DNA from: the human T2T-CHM13v2.0 reference genome, Homo sapiens
Direction: 5' to 3' (one strand)
DNA length: 64,000 bases
NCBI RefSeq assembly: GCF_009914755.1
Contig: NC_060932.1
Positions 1 through 12,707 of the stretch are shown here, piece by piece. The notes below the pieces were generated by a model. The model was given only the letters and a program-made list of their open reading frames with translations, was not told the DNA's origin and did not search any database. Both the position numbers and the translations under genes were made by a program. Each line of letters opens with the position of its first letter. The stretch's first letter is position 1.

Positions 1-3000
1 GGCTGAGTCTAGGTCTCATGTCCACCTTCCTAGCTGCCACATGATCGTCAAGACAGAACAGCTGCCCAGACTTCAGCTTCCAGTGTAGAATGTTGGACGT
101 GCTTCTCCATCTTGAAATTCATTCCAGATAGGAATGATTGGATGCTGAGAAGTCCAAAGCAATTGTCCAATGTTTTAGCTACAATGGAACCAAGAGACTG
201 TAGATGAAATATGCATAAGATAGGTCGTTCTTTGGTTCTGTCTTATTTCATGACATCAGACACGAAACATAGTTCTGTATTATTTCTTTCCACTACAGAT
301 GAAGAACAGGAATTAAAAAAAATTCTCTAAAAACAAAGACCTTGAATTACCTGGGGAAGAGATGTTGGAATTTAATAGGCTTTTACATTTATCCTTACTT
401 GTCTCCTAAAGTTTAGGATCAATATTCTAACAGCCTCATCCAAGGTTTCTTTATTCTTTTCACTTTGAAGAAACCAATTTTAACTAAGCCCACAGACTGT
501 GAAGAGGAAAGGTGAGAAGCCAGAGGCAGCTTGTCATTCTGGGCTTAAATAAGGAAGAAACTTGAACCCAGTCACCTTGAATCTGAATGATGAACAAACT
601 GACTAATTTTCTGGGTTGATTGAAACTCAAAGCTGAATACTCCCACTATCTAACCTGGAATTTTGCCTTCATATAGGCATACTGGGAATTCTGACAGGAG
701 TGAGTGACAGCCCTAATCCCTGTCTCTCTGTATGTCAGTGACCTTTTGGAGGGGGCAAACTCAAATATGCTTGAGTTTGCAACCCTGTACAGCTTGAAGA
801 GAGCTAAGGGAAATGTGGGAATTAAGGACATAAAAAGGAAAAAATGATTTCACCTAAACAGACATGTTCTCTAACTATGGTGGAGTAATACATTTTGAAA
901 TATATCCCATTTTTTCCCCTTTTGAGTCCCTTAGAGATTCTCCACCCCCTCAATTCCCAGCAATCCTTAAACCATTGAAACTAGAGTAAGAGACTGAGGC
1001 TTTTACCCCTGGAAAATGGCAAAAAATTTTTTCCAAGAAGCGGGAAAATGTAATGATAAAATAGAATCACCTAAATATATTTGGTTGAGAGGAGGTTTTA
1101 GAACAACAAAATTGGTGCTCCATTTCTCCAGAGTGTGTCATTATGAACCAACATGGTACTAGATGAGCCACAGGTGGCTGATGGAGGTCCCCATTTGTGT
1201 GGACATTAGGGTGGCATCTTAAGGCTCAAGTGGAGTCAAATAAACAGTTGAGAGTTAAACTAATTGTGAGATGGAACTGGAAGTGCTGAAAAATGTAGTC
1301 AACTGGGAGATATACCTGGGGTCAAAATGTCAAGGCTGCAAGGTGCAGGAACCTCAGAACTGGAGGTAACCGCAAAGTACATGATCATCATCAGCAGACG
1401 CCAGCATTATGCCTAAAACACCAGGAAGGACCACCTATATTTTAAGAGATTATAGCACAGGATTCCAAAGACCAGTGGATGCTGAAATAAAGAGACTGTG
1501 CTCAAAGATCAAACGATGTCAGACTTTAGAACGGAAGTCAACAGCAGTATATATACAGACCACACACCCTTCCTGATCACCTAGGATGTTAAATGTAAGT
1601 TTGCCACTGCTTCCAAATGCCATCTTATGGAGAAAGAGGCAAAGGGAAAGAGAAGAATAGCCCAAATAAGGAGTTAATACTTCAAATGGATAGTTTGAGT
1701 CATTTTGTTGTGAAGCTGGCTAAATATTGACACAAATGATACCAATTTTAAGGCGAAGATGAATATAATAACTTGAAGAAGAAAAATCATTGCCACTGGT
1801 AATAAGAGTTGCAGGAAAAATTGAGTTCAGAAATAGGCAACTTTTTAGAAAGGTATTTCTCTGTGTCTCAGTTGAAGTATGTACATTTTACCAACTACAA
1901 AGGAAGCAGTTTGGAATAATTGGCAACCAGAAAACATATGGGACTTTCTGTAATTTGCATGGCTTTCTGTTGGCACTACTTGGAGGCACCAAGAACAATT
2001 TCTCCTTCCCCACCTGAATCCCTCAGAATTCTGGCCTCTGGTCTTTGCTTTGGGTCTTTCTCCCATAGAGACCTTATTAATGGCACAAGACACAAAAAAC
2101 TAGCCACTTAAAGTGCACAACTTGTTTTGCTATAGATCAAAGGGCCATGGAATTAACGAGAACTATAAGGCTGCAAGGCCCCTGAGGGATCAACGAGTTT
2201 ATCTTTGTCATCCTACACAGAAGGCTGAGACTCAAAGAGGCAACACCACTTGGCCCAGATCCCACAGATAGATATTGACAACATTTGACATAAAACGTAC
2301 CATCTCTAATAGTGGAAAAACTTGTAAATGGTTTTACCAAAATGTGGTTGCTTCTATAGTAAAAATGTATACAAAGACTCTGGGAGTAAGAAGAGAAAGC
2401 AACTTCATTACGAGAGTCATAGAAACAACATACAAACTGGATCTTAAGTGAGAAGACTTATACGACTTGCAAAAGAGGAAACGGAGAAAAGGAATTTTTA
2501 GCAGAAAAAAGATGCACAAAGGTGTGCGGTGGACATGTGAGCATGACATAGGGACGTATGAGGAGTGAGAGAATTTGAGGTGGGAAAGGGATCTAATGAC
2601 CGCTAATCTCATGTTTCCTTCTCCATTCCAGGCTCTGCTATAGACCTTTATTTCTTCCTATACTGTCCAGGAAGATGGTTCTCTTATGTCCCTTGTCCAA
2701 TGTACATGTTTCCAGACTGAGTTCTAATCTACTCAGGCTGTCTGTGACTAGGGATATCTGTATCCCTTCTTGTAGCACACATTTCAGCTTTGTGAGAATA
2801 CCAGAATCCAGTGTAGAAGTTGCAGCATCCTAAAAGAGCACAGAACCAAAAAATGGCCACATTGAAACAGGTAGGAAGAGCAGTTTCACTTTGCTCACAT
2901 TTCTCCCTCCTTCAAGTTGGCATAGCTCACCACTGAGGGAGATCCACTTGGCCCACAATTTCTTCCAAGAAGAAAGGAAAGCGAGAGTGCATCCAACATC

Positions 3001-4283
3001 CCCACCTTGTAGGGCACAGGGCCAAGAGAAATGCTCCTGTCTTGACTCATTCAGAGAACTGAAGGATCCAGCATAGTTGGAATACCTATGCATAGCTAAT
3101 AACAGATTTGGGATAGGTAGCTCTCAGCATTTGGCATGGCCTCCAACAGCCAGTGAGGGCCCCAGAAGCCACATGGCCTCCAACAGCCCCCACACACCTA
3201 AGAGCAGCCTTCATGGATCCAGCATACAACTCCCAGTCCATGGTGGGTCTCCCTGCAACTGATGAGACTTTCAGAAGCCTGCAAGTCCAGACAGCCATGC
3301 AGCACTGGATATCCAGCATGGGTTGCAGCTGCCAGCACTTATTGCACTAATTGCAGTTGTTGGTGCTGACCACAGCTGCCAGGGCAGATTGCAGCTGCCA
3401 GTCCAGTCCCTAGTGGCTGGCACAACCCCCAGCACTAAGCATGGGCCCTAGCAGTGGCAAGGATCTCAGTGGATGTCACAGTTCTTAGTAGATAGTATGC
3501 ATTTCTGCAGATGTCACAGATCCGCAGACAACACGTATCTCAGCAGCCAGCTTAGTTCTGCAGGACTGGGAGAAGTCACACAATCCTGAGACTACTTCTG
3601 CAGGAGGGATAGAGAGAAGTGGAGCTTACACCCAACATCCTGGCATCTCAGTGCACTGCCCTAGGAAAAAGGAGAGGATGACTTTCAGTACCTGGCATGC
3701 AACTGGGGAAATGCACACAATCCTGAATTTTCTTTTCAGGAGAGAGGAAGGGAAGTTGAGCTTGTACCTAATGCTTTAGCATATCAATGCACTGTACTAG
3801 AGAAAAGGATAAGGCAGCATTTAGCATCCAGCACAACTCTGCAGGTTTGGAAGAAGAAGCACAATCCTGAGACTTCTCCCCAAGGCAAAAGAGATAGTAG
3901 CAGAATGTGTACATTTATAAAATAGTTTCGAGAGATATACAAAATCTCTAGACAGGCTGATTGTTAAAGGTTTTCTGCTGCTAAATCCAATCTGTAAAGA
4001 CTAGAAAAAGTGGCTGCTTATTTAAATGCACAGACACCAATGCAAAGTTACAAGGAACACGAAGAATCAGAAAAATATGACACAAGCAAAGGAACAAAAT
4101 AAATCTTCTGTACCCAATCTTAAAGACATAAAGATCTATAAATAGCATGATAAACAATTTAAAATAATCATCTTAAGAAGCTCAGTGAGCTACAAAAGGA
4201 CATAAACAACTAAACAAAATCAGAGAAAAATGATACATGAACAATATGAGAAAATGAACAAAGAGATAAAAAATGTAAATAAT

Positions 4284-4593
4284 GGCCGGGCGCGGTGGCT
4301 CAAGCCTCTAATCCCAGAACTTTGGGAGGCTGAGGTGGGCAGATCACGAGGTCAGGAGATCGAGACCATCCTGGCTAACATGGTGAAACCCCATCTCTAC
4401 TAAAAATACAAAAAATTAGCCGGGCATGGTGGCAGTCGCCTGTAGTCCCAGCTACTCAGGAGGCTGAGGCAGGAGAATGATGACGTGAATCTGAGAGGTG
4501 GAGCTTGCAGTGAGCCAGGATTGCGCCACTGCACTCCAGTCTGGGAGACAGTAAGACTCTGTCTCAAAAAAAAAAAAAAAAAAAAAAAAAAAA
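4284..4593 (+). mobile_element. AluY
   Basis: GGCCGGGCGCGGTGG start, AluY-type GATCGAGACCATCCTGGCTAAC, long A tail. Confidence 0.92.
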
Positions 4594-4856
4594 GTGAATA
4601 ATAACCAAACAGAAACTCTGGAGCTGAAGAATATAATAACTAAACTGAAAATTCAATAAAGAGCTTCAACAGCAGAATTCATCAAGAGTAAGAAAAAAAA
4701 TCAATGAACTTGAAGATGGGTCATTTGAAATGATCTAATCAGAAGAAAAAAAAAATAAAAAAAAGTGATGAAAGCCTAAGAGACTTATGAAACACTGTCA
4801 AGCAAACCAGTATACATATTATGGGAGCCTAAGAAGTAGAAAAAAGAGAGAGAGGC

Positions 4857-5157
4857 AGCCAGCTGTGGTGGCTCACACCTGTAATCCCAGCACTTTGGGA
4901 GGCTGAGGTGGGTGGATCACGAGGTCAAGAGATTGAGACCATCCTGGCCAACATGGTGAAACCCCGTATCTACTAAAAATACAAAAATTAGCTGGGTGTG
5001 GTGGCATGTGCCTGTAGTCCCAGCTACTCAGGAGGGTCAGGCAGGAGAATCACTTGAACCCTGGAAGTGGAGGTTGCAGTGAGCTGAGATCATGCCACTG
5101 TACTCCAGCTGGCAACCGAGACTCCATCTCAAAAAAAAAAAAAAAAAAAAAAAAAAG
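4857..5157 (+). mobile_element. AluSc-like
   Basis: Dimeric Alu with GGTCAAGAGATTGAGACCATCC, A tail and TSD-like AGAGAGAGAGGC. Confidence 0.9.
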
Positions 5158-5959
5158 AAAGAGAGAGAGAGAGGCGCAAAGCTTATTTTAGAAAATAATG
5201 ACAAGAAAATCCCATACTTTGGGATGGAAATGGATATCCAGACTCATGAAACTCAAAAGACACCAAATGGAATCCAGACAGACACCAAACAGAACCCAAA
5301 GAAGTCTGCTTCAAGGCACGTTATAATTGAATTGTCACAAAAATACAGTTAGTTAGAAGAAATAAGTTCTAGTGTTTGATAGCACAGTAGGGTGACTATA
5401 CTTAAGAATAATTTATTGTATATTTCAAAATAGCTAGGAGAGAAGATTTGGAATGTTTCAAACACAAAGAAATGATAAATATTTGAAGTGATGGATGTGC
5501 TGATGACCCTTATGTGATCATTAAACATTGTATACATGTATGAAAATATCAGATGCACCCTATAAATATCTATAATTATTAGGCATCAATAAAATTAACT
5601 AAATTAATCTTTAAAAGTCAAAGACAGAGAGAACATTTTGAAAGCAGTAAGAGAAAGTACACTTTAAATGAAATGACCCATCACATAAAAAGGACCTGTA
5701 GTTGCACTGTGCTGAGATCATGCCACTGCACTCTAGCCTGAGTGACAGAGCAAGACTCCATCTCAAAAAATAAAAATAAAAAAGGGGACTCTAATAAGAC
5801 TGTCAGTGGATATCTCAGCAGAAACCTTGCAGGCCAGAAGCGCGAATGATGATATATTCAGAGGGCTAAGAGGGGGAAAAAAAAATGGCAACCAAGAATT
5901 CTATACCCAGCAAACTGTCTTTTCAAAATGAAGGAGAAAATAAAGATGTTCCTAGATAA

Positions 5960-6311
5960 TGCTGGTCATGGTGGTTCATGCTTGTAATCCCAGCACTTTG
6001 GGAGGCTGAGGATGGTGGAACACTTGAGCTCAAGAGTTCGAGTCCAGCCTCAGCAACATGGTGAAACCTCATCCCTTCAAAAAATACAAAAATAAACCAG
6101 GCATTGTGGTGTGCACCTGTAGTCCCAGCTACTTGGGAGGCTTAAGTGGATAGCTTGAGCCTAGTAGGTTGAGGCTGCAGTGAGCCGAGATCACACCACT
6201 GCACTCTGACCTGGGTAACAGAGGAAACCTAGTCTCAAAATAAAAATAAAATAAAATAAAATAAAATAAAATAAAATAAAATAAAATAAAATAAAATAAA
6301 ATAAAATAAAA
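5960..6311 (+). mobile_element. AluJ with (TAAAA)n tail
   Basis: Dimeric Alu. Pentanucleotide tail at about 6237-6311; TSD-like ATGTTCC(T/C)AGATAA. Confidence 0.9.
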
Positions 6312-6556
6312 TGTTCCCAGATAAATAAAACCTGAGGGAATTCATCACCATCACATCTGTCTCAAAAGAAATGCTAAGGAGAGATTCTCATGTTGAAACA
6401 AAAGAATGCTAAATGACAACATAAAAGTATCTAACGGTTGAGACGAAAGGATGCTAAATGATAACATAAAAGTATATGAAAGTATAAACTCACTTTATAA
6501 AGGTAAATGTAAAGACAAATAGCTGATACTGTATTACTGTACTGTTTAAATCATTC

Positions 6557-6849
6557 TTTTTTTTTTTGAGACAGTGTCTCACTCCATCACCGAAGCTGCA
6601 GTGCAGTGGTGTGACCACAGTTCATTGCCACCTTGACCTCCTGGGCTTGGGCGATCCTCCCATCTCAGCCTCCCAAGTAGCTGGGACTACAGGTGTGTGC
6701 CACTGTGCCTAGATAATTTTTGTATTTTTTGTAGAGACAAAACTTTGCCATGTTGTCCAGGCTGGTCTCAAACTCCTGAGCTCAAATGATCCACTGGCCT
6801 CAGCCTCCCCAAGTGCTGGGATTACAGATGTGAGCCGTAGTGCCTGGCC
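6557..6849 (-). mobile_element. AluJ
   Basis: T-run followed by reverse Alu ending GGCC; TSD AAATCATTCTT. Confidence 0.9.
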
Positions 6850-7043
6850 AAAATCATTCTTAATTTTAGTGTGAACTATGGAAAATAGTATGAAGCTTCC
6901 TAAAATATATATATATATATATATATAATTACTATATGATCCAGCAATCCTACTCCAGGGTATATATCCCCAAAAATGAAATCAGGATCTCAAACAGATG
7001 TATGCACTCCTATGTTTATTGCAGCATTATATACAGTAGCCAT

Positions 7044-7494
7044 AGTGATAGTCAATACTGAGTGTCAACTTGATTGGATTAAAGGATATAAAGTATTAAT
7101 CCTAGGTGTGTCTGTAAGACTGTTGCCAAAGGAGATTAACATTTGAGTCAGTGGCCTGGGAAAGGCTGACCCACCCTTAATCTGGGTGGGTACCATCTAA
7201 TCGGCTGCCAGCACATAAAGCAGGCAGAAAAACAAGAAAAGTCTAGACTGGCTTAGACTCCCAGCCTACATCTTTCTCCTGTGCTGGATGCTTCCTGCCC
7301 TCAAACATTGAACTCCAAATTCATTAGCTTTGGGACCTGGACTGGCTTCCTTGCTCCTTAGCTTGCAGACAGCCTGTTGTGGGACCTTGTGATCATGTGA
7401 GTTCATACTACTTAATAAACCCCTCTTTATTTATATATTATATAATATATATATATCTCCTATTAGTTCGGTCCCTCTAGAGAACCCTAATACA
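7044..7494 (+). mobile_element. MLT2A1-like solo LTR (HERV-L)
   Basis: AATACTGAGTGTCAACTTGATTGGATT...CCCTCTAGAGAACCCTAATACA, 451 bp, with 5-bp TSD GCCAT (7039-7043 and 7495-7499). Inserted in an L1 3' fragment. Confidence 0.9.
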
Positions 7495-7724
7495 GCCATA
7501 ATATGGAAGCAACCTAAATGTCCATCAACAGAGGAATGGATAAGAGATTATGGTATATACATACAATGGAGTGGTATTTAGCCTGAAATAAGGATAGTCC
7601 ATTATTTGCAAAAACATGGATAGACATAAGTGAAATAAGTCAGTATAGAAGGACAACACTGCACAATTTTACTTATATGAGGTATCTGAAATAGTCAAAC
7701 TTACAGAAGCAGAAAATAAATTGT

Positions 7725-9115
7725 ACCAGGAAAACTAGATATCCACATGCAGAAGAATAAAACTAGACCTGCATCTCTCACCCTATATAAAAATTAACTC
7801 AAAATTGAGTAAAGACTTAAATGTAACTCCATAAGCTGTAAAACTATAAGGCAAAAACATAGGAAAAACATCAGGACATTGATCTAGCTAAAGATTTTAT
7901 AACTAAGACTTCAAAAGCACTGTCAAGAAAATAAAAGAAGGACTATGTCAAACTAAAAAGCTTCTCCACAGCAAAGGAAGCAATCAGCAGAGTGAAGAGA
8001 CAATCTGTAGAATGGGAGAAAATAGTTGCAAACTAATCATGTAACCAGGGGCAAATATGCAAAATATACGAGGAACTCAAACAACTTGATAGCAACACCC
8101 ACATAATTTGCTCAAAAAGCTGGCAAAGGATCTGAATAGACATTCCTCACAAAATACAAATAAAAATAAAAGGCATACAAACAGCCAAAAATATATGAAA
8201 TAAATGTTCAACACCACAAGTCAGCAGGGAAATGCAAATCGAAACCACGAGATATCATCTCACCCCAGTTAAAATGTCTATTCTAAAAAAGACAAAAAAT
8301 AACAGATGCTGGTGTAGATGTGGATAAGGTGGAACACTTGTACACTCTTGATGGGAATGTAAAGTAGTACAGACCTTATGCAATACAGACAGGAGATGTC
8401 TCAAAAATCTAGAAGTAGAACAACTATATGATCCAGCAATCCCACCACTGGAAATCTATTCAAAGGAAAGAAAATCAGAATAGCAGAGGACTGTCTTCAC
8501 CCTGCCCCCACCCCAGCTCCACGTTTACTGAAGCACTATTCACAATAGCTAAGATAAGGAATCAACTTCAATATCCGACAACAGATGGATTAAAAATATG
8601 GTATACACTATATACCTAATGGAATACTATTCAACTATAAAAGGAATGAAATCCCGTCATTCACAGCAACACGGATGAGTCTGGAGCATGCTAAGTGAAA
8701 TAAGTCAGGCACAGAAAGATAAATACCACTTTATCTCACATGTGAGAGCTAAAAATTTAAAGTCCTGAAAGTACAGAGTAGAACTGTGGTTATTAGAGAC
8801 CAGGAACTGTCGGGGGAGGGAAGGCTGGGGAGAGGTTTGTTAAGGGATACAAAATTATATCTAGATAGGAGGAAGGAGTTATGTTGCTACGTAGTATTAT
8901 AGGGTAAATATGGTTAACTATAATTAATTATATGTTATAAAAAAGCTAGAAGAGAGGATTCTGAATGTTCAAAACACAAAGAGATGATACTTCTTTGAGG
9001 TGATGGATATGCTAATTTTCCTGATTTGATCGTTACATATTGCATACGCATATCCAAATAACGCTCTGTATCTCATAAATAGGTACAATTATTACATGCC
9101 AACTAAAAATAAAAG
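7725..9115 (+). mobile_element. L1MA 3' portion (ORF2 end and 3'UTR)
   Basis: GAAAACTAGATATCCACATGCAGAAGAAT... through an L1MA-type 3'UTR and A-rich end. Confidence 0.85.
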
Positions 9116-9755
9116 GATAAAAATCTCAGGCTCTGATGGTGGCACTAATGAATTCTACTAAATATGTAAAGAAGAACTAATACCAGTCCTTCTCAAACTC
9201 TTCCAAATATCGAATACAAGGAAATACTTTCACATTCCTTTTGTGACGTCTGCATTACCCTGATATAAAAGCCAGACAAGGAAATAAAATTACAGGCATA
9301 TGACCCTGATGAACATACATGCAAAATTCCACAATCAATTAGTAGGAACCTCAAATCAATAGCACATTAAAAGAATCATTTGTTATCATCAAATGTGATT
9401 TGTTTCTGGGATACGGGATGGTTCAACATAGGCGAATCAATAAATGTGATATACCACATTAACATAATAGAGCAAAAACATATCATCATCTTAAATGATG
9501 CAAAAATAGCATTTGACAAAAATCAACATCCCTTCATGTTAAAAACTCTCAAGTTAGGTATAGAAGAACTGTATCTCAACATAATAAACGCCACATATGA
9601 CAAGCCCACAGCTAACATCATACTCAGCAATGAAAATGTGAAAGTTTTTCTTTTAAGATCAAGAATAAGACAAGGATACCATCTCTTGCCACTTCTATCC
9701 AACACAGTACTGGAAATTCTAGTCAGAGAAATTGGGGAAGAGAAAGAAACAAAAT

Positions 9756-11634
9756 GGGAGCCAATTATAATCCTGGAAGACACAATTCAGAACACCAAAA
9801 CCCCAAATGTTGAAACTGTGAAAGATCAAATTTCTAAAGTCTAAAATTCCATAAATCACAACCCTGAAAGACCAAAATCCCAAAAATATGATTCTGGAAA
9901 AAATAACACAAATTATTTAAGAGATACTTATTTAATTTTTAATAGGGGTTTTATTTAAGAAATATATACAACATGACAGAACATTTTCTAGGCTACTTTG
10001 TACAATAAAATAGGCAATAATAACATAGACGTTTTTGCAAGCATAAAGACTCAGATATACTAATGACATTCCATGGATATAATGATAATGAGCAGATAGA
10101 CCATATTCATAAAGAAATAAATCAAAGGTGATATGCATAAATGCATATCACTATGATTGGTAATAGTAGGTTGGTGCACCTAGCTTTATAAGAGCAGTCA
10201 TCTGAAATAACGTGACAGACAACCTAAGTCTTTTGACGAAATTCGTAAAAAAAACCCACAATGGATCACCATACATCACCACTGCACCAGTTGCCCAAAG
10301 AGCCAAGATTTCGAAAAATTTTATCTTTCACAAAAGCAGCTGTACAAAAGGACATCTCTTCATTTACTGATGATTTCAACATTTTTATCCACATGCACAA
10401 TGCTTACACACAGTCAATGTTGTATAAATGCACCCTCATGAAGTCATATTTGCAAGAAATGCATAAAATAAATCAACTTTCTGAAAGTCTTTACACAATT
10501 TATACTTCCCATACTGGAAGTGATGTGACGGTGAAATACAAAGCATGGTGAATTGTAAAAAATAATGATAACAATCTAAAATAATGGGAAAAAACTTAAA
10601 AAAGGAAAAGCAAAGCCAAAAGCAAAAAAAAAAAAAAAAAAAAGCTAAAAAGAAAAAGTATATTAAAGGCATAGATTATGGGCAATTGCCAGGAGGTGGA
10701 GGTTGCAGTGAGCTGAGATTGTGCCACTGCACTCCAGTCTGGGTGACAGAGTGAGACCCTGTACCCACCACACCAAAAATAAAAAAAAGATTATGGGCAA
10801 TTGCATGAAGATTGTCCATAAGAGTTGGTCAACTTTCATAATCATTAACTATATTTGAAGTCTTGCAACACAATAAATGACTACTTTTTTTTCCTTTTTG
10901 GACATGCTTTTCCTCAGGAAAAACATTCACATTCATTTTCTATGTGGTCCCGCTCTTTTGAAATTCTTTAATATCCGCTGGCATCGGCATTCCCTATTAG
11001 ATTGTCTCATCTTCTGTGCCATGCTTCTCTGTTGTTTTGGGCACACAGAAACCATCCTGCATGCCCTTTTATACAGACCACAAATTTGGTAGAAATAATA
11101 CCGGTATTAAATACAACACCATTGTCTAAGTGTCTTTTTACCTGCCCTGCGCATAATTATTTTCAAACCAGTCAGTAACTTCACTGGCTTCTTCAGGCAA
11201 ATGGGGCTAATTTATTAAAAGCTTTTGGCATGTCATCAGCTGAAAGGAATGCCAACTCAGGCAAATGATGCATTTTTAAACTGAAGTTTACATCGTTGCC
11301 ATATTACATGGCCAATTCACTCATCTGAATTTTTCACCAAGTGTACTGTGCTGACTTGAAAAAACCAACTTTATTGATAACACATTGAAATTCACTTTTA
11401 GAAGTTTTGGTTGCACCTAATTCCAAATCTGTCATTATGGTTTGGGAATTTAACTGAAACCCGTTTTTTCTTCAAAAGGACAAAGGCAAATAATATTTCT
11501 GCCTTAACAGTCCTGTGGTTGTGATTTTCAGGACTTTAGATGTTACGAATTTTAGACTTTAGAGATTTTGATCTTTAAGGATTTCAACATTAGGGATTAT
11601 AATGTTTGGATTCTGTCTATTGGGATTATGACCC
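9756..11634 (-). mobile_element. Ricksha-like MULE/MuDR DNA transposon with transposase remnant
   Basis: Long degenerate terminal inverted repeats (ATAATCCTGGAAGACACAATTCAGAAC...AAAGATCAAATTTCTAAAGTCTAAAAT versus ATTTTAGACTTTAGAGATTTTGATCTTT...GGGATTATG). Minus strand at about 10890-11450 gives PQTIMTDLELGA, KIQMSEL, LAFLSADD and TDWFENNY. Confidence 0.85.
10690..10787 (+). mobile_element. 5'-truncated Alu with 17-bp TSD
   Basis: Alu right-arm end flanked by AGATTATGGGCAATTGC (10673-10689 and 10788-10804). Confidence 0.9.
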
Positions 11635-12179
11635 ATGTAAAAGACATCTAAATGAGGAAAGAAGAAGTTAAATTGTCTCTGTTCGCAGATGACAATGTCT
11701 TATATGGGCAAAACACTTTAGACTTCACTATAAAACTGTTAAAACTAACAAATAAATTCTGTAAAGTTTTAGAAAAATAAACAAACATACAAAAATCAGT
11801 AGTGTTTCTACACTAACAACAAAATCTCATTTATAATTGCCACAAAAATAAAATACTTAGAAATAAATTTAACCAAGTAGGTGAAAGATTTGTACATTGA
11901 CATCTATAAAACATTGATAAAAACGAAGACAAATAAATGGAAAGAATTCTCATGTTTATGTGTTGGAAGAAAGGATATCGTAAAATATTCTATACTATTC
12001 AAAGCAATCTACAAATTCAATACAATCCCTGCCAAAATTCCAAAGAAATTTTTCACAAACATAGAAAAGATAATTCTAAAATTTCTTTAAAACCACAAAA
12101 ATTTCTGGATTGACAAAGCAGTGTTGAATAGAAAGAACAAAGGTAGAGACATCACTCTACCCGATTTCAAAATCTACTA

Positions 12180-12707
<528 letters not shown>

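Larger units (their letters stand above)
3000..6540 (+). mobile_element. Old L1 (L1M/L1MA-type) 5'UTR and ORF1 remnant, interrupted by Alus and an L1 3'UTR fragment (about 5340-5605)
   Basis: A-rich ORF1-like sequence (GAGCTTCAACAGCAGA, TCAGCAGAAACCTTGCAGGCCAGAAG, CCAAGAATTCTATACCCAGCAAA) with many stops. Boundaries approximate. Confidence 0.75.

Noticed and set aside
1-2990. Short ORFs and possible ancient LTR fragments in the first 3 kb
   Set aside because: I could not assign a family or protein with any confidence.
6391-6480. Tandem duplications of about 45 bp here and 28 bp at 53540-53595
   Set aside because: Ordinary slippage duplications inside dead L1 sequence.
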